64,000 nt of DNA from NCBI GenBank assembly GCA_964276515.1, contig OZ193909.1:11656001-11720000 (forward strand), given 5' to 3'. The notes beneath the pieces are model-generated. The model was not told the DNA's origin. It did no database searches and saw nothing but the letters and a program-made list of their open reading frames with translations. This DNA comes from Gordius albopunctatus. Lineage: Eukaryota. A program made the translations under genes and the position numbers. Numbering within the stretch: the stretch's first letter is position 1; each line of letters begins with the position of its first letter. Positions 28,312-41,000 of this stretch are shown here, in pieces.

Positions 28312-29273
28312 TCACATTGTTAGCTTATTCGTAAGAAGCAAATCATCCCATTTCAATCCTAAAAATAAAACAATTAATTGACTATATGTTTAATCTTTTA
28401 AAATTTTATAAATTTAACATTGGACATATTAATAAAAGGGATGCATAATGGCCGGTGCGCAAGTTGTTCTACTATTATATTCACCTCGGTAAATTTGGCA
28501 CCAAAAACATCTGTACTTATCAGGTAATTTCTGCGTTCAAATTTTAAATATATTTATTGTATAATTTTACCTTGTACAGCTTTACAAGAAGGTCGGGATC
28601 TAAGGTTTACAAACCTAATATCATTGCATACGCGCTATTATAAGAGTTGTGCTTTTCCATAAGTTCCTAGCAAAATCTAATATATATAATATAAATTGAA
28701 ATGGTTAATACCTCGATCACAGCTGGTAGGTAGAATAATCCTGATGCTCTATCCTTTCTTTTAAGGCTATATAAATGACGTCAAGTCCAATCCGTTAGCT
28801 ATGAAGAGCAGTATATTTTTATACCGTAATTAATATCTTACATCGTCAAAGTGCATCAGATAAGAATACAATCCAGTATGCTTTATTGCCAATTCACCAT
28901 TAATATACTGATTCCATTCACTCCTTATTTGAAAGTTTCTCAAACAAACGTTTATTCACTCTGTGCAGTAATGCCTGAAACCATAGTTGTTAAAAAATTA
29001 AAAATTATAAGATTACGGCTAGATGCTCGGAATCGAATTCTTAAAGGGAGTCATATACTGTTCCTTGACTTTGAAATCTTTGTAACTTTTAGGATGCTTT
29101 ATTACATGTTCCGTTTTCTTCACACATAGTTTCTCAACAAATTTCCAATTTTTTATGAATTTTATAATTGATAGCTTGTTTTATTAGTAGAAGTTGTTAT
29201 TTCGCAAAGAATTCATTCTGGAACCTGATATTTATACCTCTGCATTTGTCCTAACTAAATAACTGGGGATTAT
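28312..29273 (-). pseudogene. RasGEF (CDC25-homology) domain pseudogene retaining introns
   Basis: Spliced pieces 29017-~29273, 28842-28974, 28712-28798, 28571-28666, ~28420-28530, 28312-28358. They read EFDSEHLA|ALLHRVNKRLFEKLSNKE(fs)WNQYINGEL...YLMHFDD|LTDWT*RHLYSLKRKDRASGLFYLPAVIE|ELMEKHNSYNSAYAMILGL*TLD...|KLPDKY(fs)...PLCIPFI. Motif order fits RasGEF. Confidence 0.65.
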
Positions 29274-30235
29274 CTATAGGACTTTAAATTAACTCTATCT
29301 ACTAGATATAATATAAACTAAGTCGTGTTATTTTCAACATATAAATTCAAAATTTTTATGTTATAAGAACATTCAAATACTTTTCTAATTTGCCATAATT
29401 TTATTTTTATTTTAGTAAAATTTATGGTGGCTTAGAAAAACATGGTTCCGGCTGCCACATGTGGATAAAATGTATGAACAAACCATCTAGAAGGTCGAGA
29501 CTTTCGGAAAACATCGCACACAAACACAAAGAAACGCGCGTTTACATATTTAGATAATGCAATCATTACACCCTCGCCAATGGTTAAATACCTTGAATTG
29601 ACTCTTAAAGCGGAAAATACTCACACTACCTCATATCAAGTCAAAAATATTCAATTTTAACAATTGGTTTAGTTTTATTATTCAATCAAAGTTTATTTCC
29701 AAATAATTATGTATGTTATATGCTAAAATATATAAAATTAATAAGCTGGCATCGAGCCACAATGCCACAGAATGAAATTGCAAACAAATTTCCGAAACCA
29801 AAACTGGTTTATTCAAAATTTTGATCCTCTCCGTACTCCAAGACTGTGAAACTTACCTCAAGTTTCTTTCAATATTAATCCAACTAAGATTTGTTGATTA
29901 ATTGTTATCCACAAACCCGATACCTATAACCCACAGCCCATTTGAATAATATTCAGGATTTTTTATGTATGTTGAAATTTTGAAACTTGTATTTACATAA
30001 GTTTTCTTAAATGCCTTTATGATTATTATTAGAACTCTTTAATTTGTCAATATTCTCTGAATCTTTTTTCCGGATCATGACTCCTTGCTCTTTATGACAA
30101 TTACGTTGCGTGGGAGGTGGTGGGCTTGTGAGTCACAACATTTAGCCCTAACCTATTAACAGGTAAACCTTTGTCCTACTTTACAATTTATCATATATTG
30201 GATTGAACATTTCTGAGTATATAATACCTCACATG

Positions 30236-31030
30236 TAGAGCCTTGCAAAATGATTTTTCACCGGCTCGATGTTTCATATTTTAATTTGCCCGAGCCCATA
30301 ATGCTTTTTTATTTTTGGCCCGACCCGAGCCCTGCCTCTTTTAGGCAAATATAAAAATTGAGGAACTTGACCATATAAATTCAAATGAATTTGATTGTTA
30401 TTATTTTTAATTAAAACAAGTATAAGTTAGAAAAAAGAATACAATTTCTCTTGCTACAATCTCCCCTATAGTGACCACTACCCTTACAACAATAGGTCCT
30501 AAAACCCAAGCCCGTCTGAAGGAATTGGGACGCCGTATAACAGCCAATACCCCTGACAATAGGGAAACTTTTTTCATCACACAGAAAATCGGAATCATTA
30601 TTTGTCATTTCAACGCTATCGCAATTTTCGAATGTTTACCTCGCATATGATTTTTATAGTTGTTCATAGTTTCATTTAATAAATTTTTTTTATAAAATCT
30701 AATTTATATAATCGTAAAATCAACCTTTATAAAAATAAATTTTATTTAACGGCAGGGTCTAATAGCTACTATGGGTATATATAAATACTAGAATAAGAGA
30801 CAGGGGAAGTGGCTGGAGTTTGAAAACTTTATATGTACGCTGTACGAAGATTATTTTATATCGAGTTGGGTTTATTCATATCATATTTCATTGTTAGTCT
30901 TGGATTTTATACAGACCGGATTGGGGCGGACCCATCAGGCACGATTGCTTTATTAAATTTTGCTCGAACCCCTGTCGGACTGGAACGAACGACCCGTGCA
31001 TGGCTCTACTTACATGTACCCCTAGCCCTA
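30236..31030 (-). mobile_element. Degraded hAT derivative related to 31264-32605
   Basis: Begins tagagccttgcaaaat with gcccga subterminal repeats. Right boundary uncertain. Confidence 0.5.
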
Positions 31031-31263
31031 CAATTGTGACTAATAAATCCCCAAAAATAGAAGTAAAGGCTTCAAATTTATTTCTTTAAGCGACTGAAAA
31101 AGCCGCGATGATAAAATTTCTTGTTTCTATAAATGTTACATTTTTCCTTTTTTATTTTCCACCAAAAAATAAAATAATTAATTTATTATCAACGAGTGAT
31201 CGCGAGGTAATATAATATTAATAATCGCTAAATCATGGTAAAAAAATATATCTGTGTGTAAGC

Positions 31264-32605
31264 TAGAGCCCTGCAAAATTGAATTTCATCGGCCCGAGCC
31301 CGACCCGAGCCCGAAACCTTTTTTTTTTGTCCGAGCCCGACCCGAGCCCGATTTGTTTTTTTCAGTCAGGCCCGACCCGAGCCCGAGCCCGGCCTGACCT
31401 TTGTAAAAATGTAAATTTGTACCAATTTTATTTCAAAAATTTATTTATAAATATATTACGTATCGCGAATATTATGTGATTTAAAATATGAATAATTATG
31501 GTAAATAAATAAAGTGGAGTCTAATTTCTCGGGTTTTAACGAAGTCCTTCTCTCTTCGTAAGCTCGCCCAGCTGTAGAAAAGGCTCGCTCACTGCTAGCT
31601 GATGTAGCAGGTATTGCCGAATACTTTCTAGCCAAATTGCTCAAACATGGAAATTCACTCTGATGCATCTTCCACCATTCCAAAACTTCCATACCATCAA
31701 TATAATTCGTATTTAAATATTTATGTAATTCATCTTCCTCAGCTACATTATCTATTCTGGGCTCTTCCCAACTACTAAAATCTAAAAATTCTTCCTCCAT
31801 TATATTATCTAGAAAATAAGAAGTGCTCAATGCAAATTAAAAAATTACCATGCTCGACGGCTATACTAGGCTAGGCGTAACTGTATTAACCGGAGGATTA
31901 GCCTTAATATTTTCCTCCATAATTATTAAATTTCGTATATGATGACAAATGTCATCAAATTCATAGCGAGGCAGCATTATTAAATTTCGATACTTTGGAT
32001 TTAATAATGCGGATAATTTATGAATAATATCAAGTTCAAATTTTGAATTTAAAAACGAAAGGGCCTTTTTGGCCAAAGTGCTAAACTCTTCGCTAAAAAA
32101 GGGTTTTACAAACATTCGATTAGTCTGTAATATCATAAGAGTACCATGTTAATGGTCGGCTTTGCATCAGTCTCCAATTCATCACTAGCCGTTTTAAATG
32201 GCTTCAGAAATTTTATTAGGCTTTTAACTATTTCTATATCGATATTCTCTATAATTGCCGAATCACCCCGTGATTGCAAAACAGCCGATATATTATTATA
32301 TTGGTTGTATTATAGGGTTTAAAAACACGCAACGCGTCTAAATCAAAAACTTAAAATCAAACAAATTAATATATGGGGGGTAGTAAAATTCTAAATATTT
32401 ATTTGTAGGAGCATTATTTTGTATTGTAATTATATTTTGGATTAATATTTATTCAAATTATTTTTCGGGCTCGGGCCACGGGTCGGGCTGGCCCATCAGG
32501 CCCGATCCAAGCCCGAGGCCCGATCAATGTTTTAAAATTTGCCCGAGCCCGGCCCGAAAGCCCGTCGGGCCGGGCCGGGCCTCGGACGGCCCGTGGAGGG
32601 CTCTA
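31264..32605 (-). mobile_element. Ac/ZBED1-like hAT transposon, internally deleted
   Basis: TIR TAGAGCCCT...AGGGCTCTA. 8-bp TSD gtgtaagc at 31256-31263 and 32606-32613. GCCCGA subterminal repeats. ORF with LEWWKMHQSEFPCLSNLARKYSAIPATSASSERAFS. Confidence 0.95.
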
Positions 32606-33689
32606 GTGTAAGCGAGTTAAAAATAATAATCGCTAAATCAGGGTAATTAAAAACGATAAAGATGGGTAATAATAATCGTATCTATTTTTATCATAGATAT
32701 ACTAACAAATATGAATCATCATAAACGGAACGCGTATAAGTAGTGTACGTGTGTGTGGGGGGGGGTGAATGAATATATAAATTTTTGGATAGTGGACACC
32801 ACAGTGACCACACGTTCAAGCATGCTTAACTTCAGTAAAAGTTAAGAACATTAAATTTATATAATTTGTAAATTTATAACAGATTTGTTTTTCTAAAAAT
32901 TGAATGAATAGCGTTTAAGTTATTTTCAATCAAACATTAAAAATCTCAAATTTTTTCTTATCTTATAAAACATGGTAAGCATATTTTGCTGAGCCTCTAA
33001 TTTCACTCATAAGCACGATTGTCTAGATCTTCAACAAACCATTGAATATTAGAGATTTAGTCTGCTGTCAGTTTATGGCATGGGCGTAGCCAAGGGAGGG
33101 GGGCAGGGAGGGGCGGCTGCCCCCTCTAAATCCAAATATTTGTTAAAATTTCAAAAAATGTTCATTATACCCATCTCTAAATCATTATTGCCCTCCTCTA
33201 AATTTATAGCAACTTTAATTGGCACTAAGCAAGATTATATTTTTTGCATAAATATACTAAAATAGAGGAAAAAACAATGTGCCATGTATTTTATATCTTT
33301 GATAACAATAGAAAAAGATAAGTAACGTATCATTTATGTCTCTCACTTCGCTTTATATCTTAACTATTATATAAACGCGTTGTTATTCCTTTCACTTACC
33401 GCGCTCGCACTTTTTAACTTTACACTAATTAATCTCCATTATTTTTATGAGATCTGCATGGGGAGGCCCCGCCCGCGGATACGGACGGGCCAAACACTTC
33501 TATTAGCGTGCTTGGACGGGCTTTAAACTATGTAAAGGACCATGGAAACATTATTAGTTTCAACAATGCACAAACAGGCTTTTGAATAATTTATTTTTTG
33601 AATTCTTTTTATTTTCTTTATTATGTATTTGGTTTTGTTTTGTAAAGTTTTCTGCATCTTGATCGAGTAAAGGCCCTAATTATCGTCCT

Positions 33690-34200
33690 AGATTTCATAA
33701 ATTTGTCCACCTGCACTTTCCACGTAACTCGAGGTTGTCTTCTTTCTCTTTTTTCGGAACCTCCAAGTCCAATATTTTTCCATTTGAATCATTCGCCTCC
33801 CTTCTTACTATATAACAATACAATCGTAGGCGATTTTTGTTATTCAAATTCGCCATAGATCGATTGCCCATTTTTGCCCTGAAACAGTCATTCGTGATAT
33901 GGTCGAGCGTAGTACACCCAAGCTCCACCGTATCTCATCCCCGCGACTTCTAATAACTTTTCTTCCGTGGCATTGAATGTCCTTGTATCACTTCCACAGT
34001 GTAACACCGGTCTCATAATGGATTTGTAAGCTTTGCTCTTTAACCATATTGTCGCACATCATACCGGGTATACTTCGCCATTGGATCAGTGCATTGACTT
34101 ATTTTACGCAACCTCCCTGTTAATGTAACATCGATCCGAGGTAAATGAACCTGTCTATATGGTACTTTAGATTGTCATCCAGCGATGGTTTTATATGGAT
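33690..34200 (-). mobile_element. Old RTE LINE 3' fragment
   Basis: Minus-strand peptides WRSIPGMMCD, KAYKSIMRPVL and RLRLYCYIVRR resemble the RTE post-RT region. Confidence 0.65.
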
Positions 34201-35062
34201 ATTCCCAAACAAAAAAAATGTGATAACAAAATATATGATCAGATGGCCTTCTCGGGCTGGCTTTAAAGTCGAACGGGCACAGGCTGGCTAAAATGCGCAA
34301 AAAATTACGACGTTCTCAGGCGAGTCAAAAAGTTTTTAAAACATGTAAGGGAGGGCTGACCTCCTAAAACAACCCGTTGCAGATCTCTAATTTCTATATT
34401 ATGACATGTTGCAAACATAACATTTGGTTAAAAGAAGTAGTACAATTGTTATATAAAGCCATTCCTATAGATTGAAAAGTGCAAAATACATTAAAAATTT
34501 TAAAACAGTCTACTTAATGTTTTTAACTTTGTTGTTGAGTAACTTGAAAGCCCTTTTCGCTAAAATCACGGATAAAAGTGCAATATACCAAATATGTTAT
34601 CACTCTTCATTTATTCTATTACAATATTCTTTTATTGACAAAAAAATAAACCAAAGTAAAATTTTTTTACAAATTTTCATAAGTAAAGCCTCCATGCATT
34701 TTTTTGCCACCTTGGACCTGCATCGTTACGTTAAAACACAGGCAGCTCCCAAGCCTTAAGAGGCAATATAACCAATTCATCGGTATTTTATAGTTATAGA
34801 TCAATACCATCCTACACATTACAGCTTTCTTAGTTAGATTCATTGGCACTTTATATATCTCCTCAATTTATTCCAGACAGAATATAATAAAAACCGAAGC
34901 GAATCGAATTACAATTTTAATTTAAACTTTATACAGGCAAATCGAATAAAAATAGCATTTATACCCAAATGCAAACCAATATATTATTTTAACGCAATAC
35001 AAAAAGGAGGTTTCATACTATATTTAATTTAATCACAAATAATCGTTGCATCAAAATTTATT

Positions 35063-38000
35063 TTATAACAAGGCCGCAATTTGTTGTGGCGTTTTGAGTT
35101 GGTTTATAAGTGTCAGTAACGACCTAACGAATTGCTTCTCTAAATTAGCTTCACTGGTCAACTCTTTATAAATTAATTCGTAGGTTTGCAGTATTAAGGC
35201 GCAAGATTTGTCCAAAACAGTTTCTCTAAAAAATTGATGAAATATAAAAAAAATTATAGTGAAGATTTTAATTATTATAATGTTTTTGTTTAAATAATAA
35301 AATTTAAGCTAGTAATACTTATTATATGCCTTAACATTTTCATTGTTAATTAATCGATTTAAATCTTTCTTTCAAGACTTAGAAATAATTATGGTCAACA
35401 ATAAACTAAAGCAAGATTCTTATAATTAAATGATTGAAATTGATAAGCGTTTCAAGAGAAAAATTTCCAACTACATAAAAGGTATGTTGCTACCAACTAA
35501 AATATAATAAAATAATGACTTGATATCAATGTCTTGCAGCAGGGTAATATCGGATATAACATTTAAATCTGGGGCTGATAAGTATTGATCAAAGAGGAGC
35601 AACGAGGAACTCAGTACATTATACAATTCCTGTGTCAACTCAGATGACTGTCCTCCACCCAAATCTTGATTCAAATTTGATTGAACGTCAGAAAACTTTT
35701 GTTGCAACAATGTTAAGCCCGTCTTATTCAACACATAATGAGCTTGTTCTTGAGCTAAGCTTTCTATCTTATTGCCCACGTCAAGCTTGAAAATTAAATA
35801 GAGCGACTACATTGTAAACGATATGATATTATAGAAGGTTTATTGCAAGTAAGTTTAAAGGAAAATTTCTGCTATATTTTAAATTTTAAACTGATAAGGT
35901 CACGGGTAATAAAAATATTTTAGCCCTACATAAAAAATACCATAAAACTCTATCAAATAAGAACAAATAAATCAATTTTGCGACTCTACTGTTTTTAAAT
36001 TAAATTGCAACCATTTGAATGGTATCACATAATAGCCTTTCAACCTAAAAACTCTCTTTTATCATTGAAAAACTTTGCAGTAACCCTAAAAATTATCCTA
36101 TTTAACAACTATATTTTACTGGTCAGAAAACAGATTATATATGTGCAGGTATCATTTAATATAAAGCAGAATTTACCCGAATCTCTATGTTCTTGACAAA
36201 TTCAGTCGTATAATTATCGGATAGATTGGGTTTGAGGGTTTGGTAAAGGTGGTGAAAACAATTTAGCTGATAAACATTTTGTTGAATTGGATTTTCGAGG
36301 TAGTTTGAAGAAAGCTTTACTGTTTGCACCAAAGGATTTAATAATTTTTCCGTTATCTTTATAACAAAATATATTAAATAACATTAAGAATAACAAAAAA
36401 TCATTTTTGAATCTACAATTATCGAATTGGGCAACGATACAATTTATCTCTAATACTATAAATAAGGACACAAGCTTTCTAATGCAAAGTAAATCGCTAA
36501 AAACATACAAAGGCAAGCATTACCCCCCATCATCAATAGTCCACCTGTGTAGACTGCAATTACGCAAATTTTAATAAGCAACTATAAAATGTTAACTTAA
36601 CATTTGTTTCTATAATTCTTAATTTCTCAACAAAATTAACAACCAACTATAAAACTCTTGCCAGTACAAGAAATGTTAGGAAATTCATACAATGGTTTGA
36701 ATTAAACATTCGTAAAAACGATTTGACACTCTTTAAAGATAAGAGTTCTTGTTATAAAATTTGTACTTGACTTTCTACTAATAAATTATTCTATCTATCA
36801 ATATGTTATATTATTACTTATATATATTTAGATAAATTAAAACCTTATTCAATTCTCGGGTGCTTTCGTGCGTTATAGTTGTCATAAAGGTGGATTTGGC
36901 TGAGAGCATATCTTTGATGATGGACAAGATATAACTAAAATATGCCGTGGGGTAGAGGTCCTGGCTAGGATGGTCGCTCTTGATTCAAGAAAATAATTCA
37001 CATATAATGAAATGTTACACGGGATCTTCCTCCTATATCACAATTCAATAGTGAGTGCAAGGGGTTGGAATTTTTGCCGAAATATTTAGGACCATACACC
37101 ATTTCTAAATTTGGTATACCTATTACCCTAAACTAGACACACTGCTCGACCAAAGTGATATTTATACAGACATAATATATTGTTTGTTTATATTTTACTA
37201 AACTATTAAAATCTAAGCCATATTAGAATTTTTGACAGTGTATATTAACGAAGAATTTCCAACGTTTATTACCGAAAAGAACAAACTTAAATGTTAAGGA
37301 TAGCCTATGCTTACAAGAAATGTTTACCTTTTCCTCCAATTTTCGTATGTAAACCGAGAAGGAGGCAATCAATTTATCTCGTGTCAATTGGTCCATTTCT
37401 CTCAGCATACACACAAAATTTGATTTGGTCGGGAGGTATTCCACCAGGGTATTCACGTAGAATTGAATCATGTTTGCTAGCTTAAACAATATCACCTCTT
37501 TGGACTCCGAAACGATGATTTGTTCTATCCTCATCTAGAATAACAAGCAACGTATTTTATCAAAAGTTACGAAGCAAACAAATTTTGAATATATTCAATA
37601 CCGAAAGGGGCTCACTTTCAATTTTCCGAAGTCACGCCGAACGTGTCACGCACCGAATGTTTTGTCACGTTTTTATTTTTAATTGCTATGCAATTTTTAA
37701 TTTACCTAGTTTGTGGGTTCGAATCCCGGAGAGGCCACTTTTTTTAAATTAATATATTGTTCTTGTTAATACCATTGATAATATGACTTTATGGCCTTCC
37801 GTTGGCTGCTGACCAATGAATAAAATGACCATCGCCCAAATTGTGAATCAAAATTTTTTTTCGTTTTTTTTACTTTTATGTATTTATATCCACTTTTACC
37901 GTGTGCTGGCTGCTGACCAAAGGAAAAAATGACCATTGACCAAAATGTGAATCGAATTTCGAATCAACCTAGCGTTGAGATTATGTTTTGCTTACTCTTT

Positions 38001-41000
38001 AGCCTGGTTTATTCCCATCTATGATTTTTGTATAATTACTGTAAAACTACAAGCAAAAAGCGCATGAGCTTTAGTTTTTGCCAGTCACATTATTTGTTAT
38101 TAAATTATGACGATTCCAACATAAATTGCATAGCAAATATGCTTTGTTTTTACGAAGTATAAAAGAGTAATCGATGTGTATGAGAATTTGAAGCAAAGAT
38201 ATGTGAAGCAGGGACTGTCCTGAGTGAAACGGGGGTCTGGGGGCGAAGCCACCAGTTACGTCAGAAGGGCGTATTATATTGTCTTGTCAGAATTTTTTTA
38301 GATAATTCCAAATGTATAGGAAAACCGCAGTATTTTAGAATGCCTAAATAAATCACTTAGTCCAAATGAAAAACACACACATGACGAAGACGGACATAGG
38401 TTTTAGAGCATTTACTGAGTTCAACAACATTCCCAGTAAATATTGCCTTGCATAAATTATGCATTGGAGAATTATAACATTTATTTGTCAAACATTAAAC
38501 CGTGCGTTCGTAAACTTCTGAAGCAAACGGTAAACAAGTGGGAGTACGGGCCTTCGGGCTACCGATTCTCACTGGGGACGAAAGCCACAAGGCTCCTGAC
38601 TGGTGGAGCAAGATCAAGGACTTCCTCAAGGAGACACGTCGTCAGCTTTTTTCCCCTACACCGAACAACGATAATGACGACGACCAACTACCAAAACCAC
38701 CTCCACCACCGCCGGAGGTAGAATAACGCATCAACCCTACCAAGGAACCCACGGAAGGTGACGCAGGATCGGGGGCTATCCCGAACCTCATAGAGCAGCA
38801 TAAAACGCTCTTTAAATGGGGGAAAACCAGCACTACCCAAAAACCCACGGGAAAGCTGGACATCAGAACGTCCCGACTCAAACCACACCCATTGATGTCG
38901 GAATTCACACTCAAAGTGGCGTTCGAAGGGTTCAAACCTCCACTGGACCTGCCCAAAATACGGCAGAATGGCGGCTTATTCAAGCCAGACAGATGGAGGC
39001 GCACATCAAAAGGGTCGCCAAGCTACTTTACGACTATGAAAGAAGAGTCCGTTGTTTCCGAGACGCAAGCGCTCGCGGTCACGTCCTCCACCTTCTTCAT
39101 AGCTAAGAGCAATGGGGATGCCCGAGTAATCACCGATCTATCTGAAGCATCAAAGAACTTCAGACATCTTCCGGTCAAACTGGCAACAATCCCATTGACG
39201 TCTAAATCCCTGGCAAGAGCAAACTATGCCGCAAAAATTGACCTCAAAGCGGCTTTCTTCAGCATCCCGCTGCAGAACAACTACAAAAAATACTGCGGAT
39301 TCAAATGGAGAGGGAAGCTGTTCCAATACAACGTTTTACCAATGGGAGCTTCCTTCAGCCCGTACGTATTACAAACCATTGTGGCAAACCTCGTAAAAGC
39401 CTCGGTCAAGCACTGCCACTACAACGTCTACTTAGACGATATCCTCATCTTCGCACAAGATGAGGACGACGTAGCAAACGATCTGGGAGAAATAGCAGAG
39501 ATGGCCAAAGAATGGGGGCTAACGATCAATACGGCAAAATCCTCCATTATGCCTGAAAGGGCACTCAGCTACCTGGGGCTGTTACTCAACTTCGAAACGC
39601 ACACGATCAGCTGCTCGGTAGAAACGAAAGCAAGGCTTACTTACGCAGCTGACATCCTCTACCTGTACCTGTCAACAAACGTCCTCCCAGCCTTTGATGC
39701 TTCAGATAGATCGGTGATTACTCGGGCATCCCCATTGCTCTTAGCTATGAAGAAGGTAGAGGACGTGACCGCGAGCGCTTGCGTCTCGGAAACAACGGAC
39801 TCTTCTTTCATAGTCGTAAAGTAGCTTGGCGACCCTTTTGGTGTGCGCCTCCATCTGTCTGGCTTGAATAAGCCGCCATTCTGCCGTATTTTGGGCAGGT
39901 CCAGTGGAGGTTTGAACCCTTCAAACGCCACTTTGAGTGTGAATTCCGACATCAATGGGTGTGGTAATCATGTAAAATTGTATTGTGATTATCAACCTTC
40001 AGGGGCCTAGATATGCCTTCCATGATGTCTGCCAGCAAGGCTTTCATTTTATCGCTGAGTGGGTGTTGTTGCTCGGTTTGAGTCGAGCCATAGCTCCCAT
40101 TATCCTGTTTAAGGTCGCACGCATTGCTAGATAGAGAAGAGAGCAATTCGCTTTCGGACATGATGAATTGATGGACCCAAGCTAACATGTCCCCGACGTA
40201 ACGCAATGGGTCGTGGGCGTGCAATTCGATTGGTTTTGGTACGCCGCCAGGACCTGACCAATTTGAAAGGTACAAAAAATATTTTTAAAAGTGGTAAATT
40301 ATTTTAGAAAATTGACTCGAAAATCTTTTGTAAATAAGCTCAATGGGTATAATGTGCTTATCTATAGCAATATACGATAACCGTATAAGTTTGATTTAAT
40401 TTTAAAGGAGATTAATTATTGGACTTAAACAGGGCGCCATCTGTTATATTAGAAACTACTAAGATATATATAAAGTGTTGATGTTAGATGTCAGCGGTAT
40501 TTCAAAGTTACATGTTAAATTAACCTAGCCAGCGCTTATTTATCGATATTTAATAATAAATAAGAATTTAACTTGAATTTAATATCTTTAGCTATAAATA
40601 TTTGTGTTTTTTATACGCCTATGGGAAGCATTCAAGATTCGATTCGAATTCTTATGTGCAAATTTCGAACGAATCTTAACTTGCTGATATTAGAAAATTT
40701 AAATCAAATCTTTAAAAAAGATTTGAAAAATCATTTAATTTTTAATTTGTTTCAAAAGATGAAACGCATAAAATACAGCTTTTTTATCTTACCGCAATTT
40801 AGTTATATTTCCCACTATCCTTTTTTAATCTCGTAATCATAAACACACTTAATTTAATTTCATTTTGAAACATAATAAATAAATTCATTATAAATATTTT
40901 AACATATATTTATTTAAATTTATTTTAATATGATAAATCTTATGTCTTACATTCTTATATAGACAACATATTTTTTTCTATATCGAAATAAAAAGTAGTT

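Noticed and set aside
28712..28974. In-frame TGA codons suggesting selenocysteine or a variant genetic code
   Set aside because: TAA stops and frameshifts also occur, and dynamin and COG6 read normally in the standard code.
37710..37740. tRNA gene
   Set aside because: Only the T-arm motif is present, with no acceptor, D or anticodon arms.
39659..39955. Minus-strand ORF identical to the RT N-terminus (likewise 46906-47127)
   Set aside because: Product of the inverted duplications, not independent genes.
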